Origin: Cocleimonas sp.
Lineage (GTDB): Bacteria > Pseudomonadota > Gammaproteobacteria > Thiotrichales > Thiotrichaceae
DNA length: 54,138 nt
Direction: 5' to 3'
NCBI GenBank assembly: GCA_036479895.1
Contig: JAZGFW010000302.1
Coordinates: 1 to 54,138 of the forward strand
Under the pieces are notes generated by a model that saw nothing but the letters and a program-made list of their open reading frames with translations, was not told where the DNA came from and searched no databases. Of the stretch, positions 47,906 through 54,138 are shown one piece after another. How positions within the stretch are numbered: the stretch's first letter is position 1; every line of letters starts with the position of its first letter. The translations under genes were made by a program, and so were the position numbers.

Positions 47906-48115
47906 TTAATTAACTTCAAAATGGGATTGATGCTGTCCAAAGAGAGGGTGGCCGTGCTCTTTTACGCATATCCTTTTTTTACATTTCGTGCAATTAGGAT
48001 GAAAATTATCGGGGTTTTTAACTGGAAGCCTTTTATTAATCTTAAGCAACATGCTTCCAAGAGGGGTATTATCCTCTTTAGCTCTTTTTTCCATGATACA
48101 ATACTTACAATTCAT
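47906..48115 (-). CDS. Zinc-finger microprotein
   Basis: CKYC...CTKC..IC..H. Confidence 0.6.
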   Translation of the reverse strand: MNCKYCIMEKRAKEDNTPLGSMLLKINKRLPVKNPDNFHPNCTKCKKRICVKEHGHPLFGQHQSHFEVN

Positions 48116-48120
48116 TTTAG

Positions 48121-48273
48121 TTAGTCTCCTTCCAGTAATCCATGGGGATGACGCTTAATAAATATTAAACATCGTTTACAGGTAACTAACCAAGTCTTTA
48201 ATGATATATATTTTGCCTTCCTATTGCATTTAGTTCCATTCTTTTTTTTCGGATCCTCTAAATGTATTTTCAT
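48121..48273 (-). CDS. H-C-CxxC zinc-finger microprotein (not in ORF track)
   Basis: MKIHLEDPKKKNGTKC...LVTCKRCL. Confidence 0.6.
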   Translation of the reverse strand: MKIHLEDPKKKNGTKCNRKAKYISLKTWLVTCKRCLIFIKRHPHGLLEGD

Positions 48274-48278
48274 TTTAA

Positions 48279-50166
48279 TTATCTTTCCTTATTACAAATG
48301 CAATGGTGAATATTACGACCACACGCCTTGCATCTATTTAAATCGTCTACCTTACCACCGCATTTGATACAGGGCTGCAGGTGGTAAATTTTACTTTGGT
48401 CATAATTGTTTTCAAATTCGAAAAAGTTAGTTAGATTCAACATCTCTGACCTTTTTCCTTCTAACAAATATCGGGAAAATATCAAATGTACTCTGTGCGA
48501 ATAATTCACGTTTTGCATGTACAGTAAAAGCATTCAAAGCTAGCATTAAAGCAAAAATAACAAATGCTTGTAATGGTTGCGGATCGAATATAAATGCCAT
48601 TAAATTAAGACAAAGCAAGAAAATTAATCCAGGATAAAGCCACCAATTTTCAGATTTTTTATGACAACAATCACAAAAACCGTCTTCCGAAAATAAAGAG
48701 TGCCCCTTTGTACTGGATGTTTCTCTTTTACAAAAATCGCACCTCATTAATCAGAACCCCTTTTTAGTAGGTAAATTAAAATATCACTGATAAGCCAACC
48801 TAAACAAAACATAAGAAACGCCCAAAACCATAACGGTATTTTAACGTATATCATTTCAACAGGCTCCTTGTATTCGTATCCATTTTTCTTTACATTTAGG
48901 GCAAATACCATCCCAATCCATATCTTTAGTGATATCACCCACCATTGAAGACACGGTATCATAACTTACTCGATTATTACAAATCACTAGTTGGCATTTT
49001 TCTTTGTCGCCATTATGATATTCAATTGTGATATTTCTTAAAATATGTGTATTATAACTATTCAAATCACATTTCATTGTTGTATAGTAACTATGTGCAT
49101 CGACAATAAATTCACTGATCATATTACTCATTAATTAAATTCCCCATCTAACATTATTCCCATATCAATGTATCCCTGTTCATTTCATATATAATAACAA
49201 ATCTTTGCTTGCATTTAAAACATTCATAAGTTATCATTAATTCTAATTCATCTTTTGATTCCATTTCAACAGCATGGATTTCTTTTTTTCCACATTTAAC
49301 ACAATAAAATTCTTTAAAATCAATTGCTTCAATATTTTTAGTATTAAAACCAATATTTCTTAGATATCCTTTATATGTTATTTGAAAACTATTTATTGCT
49401 TCTTCTTTTTCAACGCTCATTATTCAAATTCCCCATCTAAAATTTTCTTTCGCAGAGTTATAAGCTCATTCAATCTTGCATTTATTTTTCCTCGAGTAAA
49501 AGAACCTTTTGCGTCCATTTTTTCTTGGGTCAATACGCCCATACGACTTAGAATATAATTCATTAAGTTTCCTTGATTCGAACTCATATTAATATCAGTT
49601 AATTTGCAAATACTAAATAGTTATTTATTACTGATTAAATATTTACTTAAAATCTATACTCCCATTTTCTCTTTACCGAATAAGGAATTGGTTTATCCCA
49701 CGGATCATTCCTTTCGTTATGCGATATGTATTGTTTACCATCTTGGACCTTACTTCCATCTAGATCCTTTCTAACAGTACGACTCATCTTTACCACATTC
49801 TTTAGTATGATTTACTAAATCAAGAATTACTTCGGCAGCATTCTTACCAGTACTTACAAGCCCGTGTATTTTACACTCAATAACATATTCTGAAGGATCC
49901 TCTATTAATTTAAAATCTGTAAATTCCTTTAATGCGTCTAGTATAAATGCTTTACCTGGTGTTTTGTATATTGCCATTCACTATCTCCTTATATGATTAT
50001 CGGGATGATAAGGTAAAAGCCTTTGCTTCATTTTGGATCGATCGATATATAATCCTTCTTCTTCATCAACAATTATTATTTCTATTTTATATATCTCTTT
50101 AAGGTCCTCTGGAAGTGCATCTGTTAATAATTTACCCAATATTTCTCTTCCTTTATCTGTTATCAT
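48279..50166 (-). other. Run of about ten short coupled ORFs (zinc-finger and membrane microproteins)
   Basis: ORFs 48279, 48427, 48747, 48856, 49154, 49771, 49981 plus shorter ones; SD motifs and start/stop overlaps. Confidence 0.6.
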
Positions 50167-50188
50167 TTCATATCTCCTTATATAATTA

Positions 50189-50473
50189 TTAACGGAAAAA
50201 CAAATATAACCATGCTACTAAAACCACAATCCAAGAAATACTAATAATTGTTTGACGTTTATCCAAGGTTTTAATTATTTCCGATTGTTTTACAGTGGTA
50301 TCATATAATCGATTTAGATTAGAATTTGTATCAGTTACCCAATTGAGTAATTTGGTATTCGTATCATTATAATGTTTTACCAATTCGTCGAATTCGGTCC
50401 GTGTGGGGACTGGAGGAATATATGATTCTCCACTTGTTGCTCTATTATTAAATTCATTTCCCATAATATCCAA
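50189..50473 (-). CDS. Coiled-coil protein with C-terminal TM anchor
   Basis: IISISWIVVLVAWLYLFFR. Confidence 0.65.
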   Translation of the reverse strand: MDIMGNEFNNRATSGESYIPPVPTRTEFDELVKHYNDTNTKLLNWVTDTNSNLNRLYDTTVKQSEIIKTLDKRQTIISISWIVVLVAWLYLFFR

Positions 50474-50476
50474 TTC

Positions 50477-50893
50477 CTATACAATCATAAATCCTGAAAA
50501 TTTGCAAACTGGATTACTACATTTAACAGGCATTTTAGCAGGAATTGAAGGCAATATAAATTTATCACCAATCAATCGACTATCGCAATCATCACAAAGT
50601 ACATCGAGCAATTGCATTTCTTGTTTCTGTTCCTTTAATTTATCCGCGTTATATTCTGCTAAAGTTTTCATTCTTGACATATTTGTATCACTTTCCATAT
50701 TTATCTTTCCTCTATTCTTTACTGGTCCATCTTGCCAACATTTCCCGCATTTAGGAATATTTTTTAATCCTTCAGATAATGGTTGATCTATTAATTTCAG
50801 AGGTACTACACCACTACCAACATTAATATTTTTCCAATGAATATCGCACTTTGTTTGATAATAATCATCATCTATACCAATATGTAAAATCAT
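50477..50893 (-). CDS. Double zinc-finger protein
   Basis: ILH..TKC..KCGKC and LCDDC..KCSNPVC. Confidence 0.65.
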   Translation of the reverse strand: MILHIGIDDDYYQTKCDIHWKNINVGSGVVPLKLIDQPLSEGLKNIPKCGKCWQDGPVKNRGKINMESDTNMSRMKTLAEYNADKLKEQKQEMQLLDVLCDDCDSRLIGDKFILPSIPAKMPVKCSNPVCKFSGFMIV

Positions 50894-50894
50894 A

Positions 50895-51707
50895 TTAATT
50901 CTCCTTTCTCTGTATTTTATCCTGGATAGATAATTCCTTTAACCCTTCATCTTCAATTGCATCCACAATATCCGCTAATCGTTCTGGACTAACTTCTAAC
51001 AGCAACTCGCTTAGTTTATCAACTTGTTTTTGCTGCATAGTAATACTCTCGGCAGCAGTTCCTTGGTGGAGTGTACCCCATTCACCAATAAAATCATTAA
51101 TTAATTCTCTTATTATTTTCGCTTTTTTATCTGATATTGTAGCATAGATCTTTAATTCGCCCGGAGGAAGTCCTAAATTGACTTGTCCAATGAATTTACG
51201 ATATGCGCTTAGTTCACTAATAAATAAAAATTTACCAGCATATAATAAAACTTCTTGCCAATCCTCTATACTTGGATCCGCACCGATAGCTATCAATTCT
51301 TGCTCTAAATGATCTTTAAATGAATATTTTGGACTACCTCTATTACCTTTACGTGGTCCGTATTTACTTTGTTTATTGGGTTTCCTAGTTCTCTGGTGTC
51401 TTTCGATAGTAGGTTGCTTGGTTAGATTATTAGCTTTTTTGATTTTACGATGGGTTTCCGCTACTTGTTTAATATGACCGCTTGGATCAATACTTGATAT
51501 TTCATAATTATATCGTTCCTTTATTCTCTTTGCTAGATTATAAAACGATTGAATTTTAATTTTATATTTTGCTGCCAATTCCGAAGAGCTTATTTCATTT
51601 TTACGCCATTTTGCATAATCTTCTTTATTGCCAAGTGTTTTAAAAGAATTATTACTATTTAAATCGTCATATTCTAATTCTAATAACGCTGCTACTTGAT
51701 CTGACAT
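50895..51707 (-). CDS. HTH protein, candidate terminase small subunit
   Basis: SSELAAKYKIKIQSFYNL HTH, basic linker, helical C-terminus; first large gene of the late arm. Confidence 0.5.
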   Translation of the reverse strand: MSDQVAALLELEYDDLNSNNSFKTLGNKEDYAKWRKNEISSSELAAKYKIKIQSFYNLAKRIKERYNYEISSIDPSGHIKQVAETHRKIKKANNLTKQPTIERHQRTRKPNKQSKYGPRKGNRGSPKYSFKDHLEQELIAIGADPSIEDWQEVLLYAGKFLFISELSAYRKFIGQVNLGLPPGELKIYATISDKKAKIIRELINDFIGEWGTLHQGTAAESITMQQKQVDKLSELLLEVSPERLADIVDAIEDEGLKELSIQDKIQRKEN

Positions 51708-52020
51708 TATACCAACCTAATATGGCGTTTAACCGTCTATAATAACCGTATTTAACAATGTTACATTGTAACATATAACGAATAGTGTAATGATTATAAT
51801 GTAACGTAATTTAACGGTTATTTAATTATCTATAATAATAAACGTTCATTGATTAATAATAAGTTTTAATATTTTGGACTTATGATTTGCATAATATAGT
51901 CTAATAAATTTGTCAATGGCCTCGTCTTTATTTAGATAATCCATAGTTTAACTAGGTATTCCGGGGTATATCTTAGGCTATGGTATATTAGTTTGTCTGT
52001 TGAAAATTCATAGTACAAAC

Positions 52021-52051
52021 CTAAACTCGAGTTTGTTTGTTTATTTGTTTT
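52021..52051 (+). repeat. 31-bp inverted repeat, left arm
   Basis: ctaaactcgagtttgtttgtttatttgtttt. Confidence 0.9.
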
Positions 52052-52453
52052 AACTATACGAAGTACTTTTTTTAATTCTGGAAGAAGAAGCCAATTTAAG
52101 GCATGTTTTTTATACTATAGATACCTAAAATCAACTATACGATTCAAAATCTGGTATTACAAAGCTGTATTCTATTAAATATTAAGGGTTGACAGACACC
52201 TTACCATTTTTGGTCAATTCAAAACACCCCACATGTTTTGGGAATTGTTGGACGAAAAACGGAATTTCCATTTCCAAAGCGATTAGGAATATACCAACTA
52301 TTAATAGACACCTACTATAGTATATACCTAGTATATTCACTATCCCCCCCTAGAAATAATAATAAGTATATGACTAGAGGAAAGGGAATAGGTACTAGGG
52401 TTATGTACTAGTAAATGCCGTAAAATAGGGTGTCTTCCAAGTATCCTAACATA

Positions 52454-52484
52454 AAAACAAATAAACAAACAAACTTGAGATTAG
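52454..52484 (-). repeat. 31-bp inverted repeat, right arm (29/31 identical)
   Basis: aaaacaaataaacaaacaaacttgagattag. Confidence 0.9.
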
Positions 52485-52630
52485 ACTTATTATTGGATAA
52501 TTTCGTAGGGGTTTTTTTTCTAGTTACGGTAAGTATCTTGAAGGTTTCATGACGAATACTATAAAATTATTTGATTAAATGATTTAATTGTTTGTAAATA
52601 AATTTAATTATTAGTAAATAGTTTATTAAT

Positions 52631-53422
52631 TTAATCTAAAGATTTACCATATATATAAGGAATAATATCATTTAAAATATATTCTGTTGCGATATTCCAA
52701 GCTCGTATTCCACCTGATTGTTCATCTAGTGATTTGTCATCATAATTTAACATTCTATCTTCTAGATATTTCTTGGCAAAATGAATTGCTTCCTGTAAAG
52801 TCATTTTATTATTTAAGGATGTTTTAAAGAAATCACTTATTTCCGTATTAGTTAAAACGAGTACATATTGACATTCAATACATCTAAAATCATTATCATT
52901 AATAAAAATTTTTTCAAGATGATTATTCTTACATTCTTGGATCATTGCTTGACTATTTCCTTTAATAGTAAGATATCCTGGATTTTCTTCTAAACTTTTT
53001 TCTATCGGTTTCAAACTAATATTTGTTTCGGGCCTTAATTTTTTTCCTCTTAATATTCTATCAATATTTGATAGAGCAGCCAACCAAATTTCAGGAGGAT
53101 CCGTCGCATTGGTATCGCCAATAATTGATTTTATACCTGTTAATTTTTCATCCAGATTTTGAAATATTTCAGAAAGTCTATAACTCATATTTCTTAGTGA
53201 TTCAATATGCTCGTTCATTTCAAAATCTGGAACTTTAATTATCTTATCATATCTTATAATATCTTGCATTTTCATAAATATTAATGCATAAGCGATATGA
53301 CTTTGATGATTATCCAAAATTTTATTTTCTCTGATATTGTTCATAATCTCTTCTAGATCATTTAATTCAAATTTATTAATTCTAACGATTTCACTAACTT
53401 TTTTTCCTTCAATGCTATCCAT
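52631..53422 (-). CDS. Hypothetical protein with zinc ribbon
   Basis: Start likely MDSIEG at 53422; CKNNH...FRCIEC. Confidence 0.7.
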   Translation of the reverse strand: MDSIEGKKVSEIVRINKFELNDLEEIMNNIRENKILDNHQSHIAYALIFMKMQDIIRYDKIIKVPDFEMNEHIESLRNMSYRLSEIFQNLDEKLTGIKSIIGDTNATDPPEIWLAALSNIDRILRGKKLRPETNISLKPIEKSLEENPGYLTIKGNSQAMIQECKNNHLEKIFINDNDFRCIECQYVLVLTNTEISDFFKTSLNNKMTLQEAIHFAKKYLEDRMLNYDDKSLDEQSGGIRAWNIATEYILNDIIPYIYGKSLD

Positions 53423-53541
53423 GATTGTATCAATGTATATACTAAATAATATTTTATAAGGATAATGTAAGGATGATATAAAAAAGATAAACGAGAGGAA
53501 CAATTTACCAATAACTTGCAGAGTACTATAAACAGGATTGG

Positions 53542-53627
53542 TTACCGTCAGCCAGTGATCTCAAGCCCTTGGGATATTGGGTAAGCCCCCCTCTAAGGTG
53601 GCATCATAAGGCTGGATTGGGTGGTAA
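53542..53627 (+). ncRNA. Candidate structured RNA element
   Basis: GC-enriched island with nested pairings ttaccg/tggtaa, tcagcc/ggctgg, tgat/atca and internal hairpins. Confidence 0.4.
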
Positions 53628-53649
53628 ACAAATTAACAAGGAGTAAACT

Positions 53650-53733
53650 ATGAAGAAAATCGATCAAACTACAATTCAAGATATTACAATCCAGCAATCC
53701 AATTTTGTCATGACAATTTATAAATTTCACTGA
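53650..53733 (+). CDS. Possible 27-aa peptide
   Basis: AAGGAG SD before ATG; MKKIDQTTIQDITIQQSNFVMTIYKFH. Confidence 0.35.
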   Translation: MKKIDQTTIQDITIQQSNFVMTIYKFH

Positions 53734-53835
53734 AAAAAAATAGATAATAGTTTAATAATTTATTAATATTTTTAGACTTTATAATATCCTTATCTTAGTA
53801 ATATTTAATAGGTAGTAATTACTTATTCAATAAGC

Positions 53836-53994
53836 ATGACAGGAGACAAAAACAATGTTAAGAAAACGTCTTTCAATGTACCTAACGAACTTCTAGATAA
53901 AGCTAAGAAATTGGTAGGACCACATAAAAGATATGCGTCAATTACACATTTTATTAATATTAAACTCCAAGCATTAGTAAAGGGGAATGATTAA
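53836..53994 (+). CDS. RHH regulator leading the first early operon (not in ORF track)
   Basis: KKTSFNVPNELLDKAKKLV...YASITHFI; TTTAATA about 30 nt upstream. Confidence 0.75.
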   Translation: MTGDKNNVKKTSFNVPNELLDKAKKLVGPHKRYASITHFINIKLQALVKGND

Positions 53995-54011
53995 TGAACG
54001 AAGAAGAAAAT

Positions 54012-54138
54012 CAATTGGGAAATGAAGAGGAAGCAATAGCAGCATCTAAAGAAATTTTAGAAACAGCTTGTAAAAAATGCGGATGCGGTCCTGGTTTACA
54101 TCCTGATAATGGTAAATGTGAATTTTGTACTGGTCATC
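54012..54138 (+). repeat. Terminal direct repeat copy 2
   Basis: Exact 127-bp copy of positions 1-127; it falls inside a gene. Confidence 0.97.

Larger units (their letters stand above)
1..54138. mobile_element. Complete archaeal tailed virus genome (Caudoviricetes, siphovirus-like)
   Basis: Terminase, portal, HK97-type capsid, protease, tail tube and tape-measure genes; two divergent arms; end overlap; TFB-like and XPF-like genes and TATA promoters point to an archaeal host. Confidence 0.93.

Noticed and set aside
53542-53627. tRNA gene
   Set aside because: The pairing is cloverleaf-like but there is no TTC(G/A)A T-loop or proper arm spacing on either strand; kept only as a candidate ncRNA.
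54012-54138. 127-bp terminal repeat as a biological DTR
   Set aside because: 127 is a common assembler k-mer length and the repeat falls inside a gene, so it indicates circular assembly, not physical ends.
1-54138. Stop-codon reassignment or an integrated provirus
   Set aside because: Core genes are intact in the standard code and use all three stops; no integrase, att-like tRNA fragment or host genes were seen.

Overview
The window is very probably a complete, circularly assembled genome (about 54,011 bp plus a 127-bp end overlap) of an AT-rich (about 30% GC by eye) archaeal head-tail virus (Caudoviricetes, siphovirus-like, no sheath gene seen). The + arm (~53836 across the junction to ~21470) is the early/middle region. 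It carries ribbon-helix-helix-led operons, a Cas4-like exonuclease, an ERCC4/XPF nuclease, a D5-like SF3 helicase, three DNA methyltransferases, a Gp37/Gp68 radical-SAM protein, an annealing protein, an ATP-grasp enzyme and many zinc-finger microproteins. The - arm (~53420 to 21549) carries packaging, head and tail genes: probable TerS, TerL, portal, MuF, protease/scaffold, HK97 major capsid protein (MCP), neck, tail tube, frameshifted chaperones, tape measure, LamG hub and an S74 fibre. An archaeal host is inferred from the TFB-like gene, XPF, TATA/leaderless promoters and PCNA-binding (PIP) boxes; the lineage (e.g. Asgard) cannot be fixed from sequence alone. No DNA polymerase, primase, integrase, tRNA or CRISPR array was recognised. 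Most interesting: (1) a truncated second copy of the capsid protein in the early arm; (2) PIP boxes at the C-termini of the methyltransferases; (3) four dispersed orphan genes sharing a leaderless promoter (candidate anti-defence regulon); (4) a portal fused to a ParB/Srx-like domain; (5) a Tad2/DUF2829 sponge inside the tail operon; (6) recurrent ATA starts overlapping TAA stops; (7) a 31-bp inverted repeat and a candidate structured RNA in the non-coding control regions. All family calls come from motif recognition by eye, not database searches.
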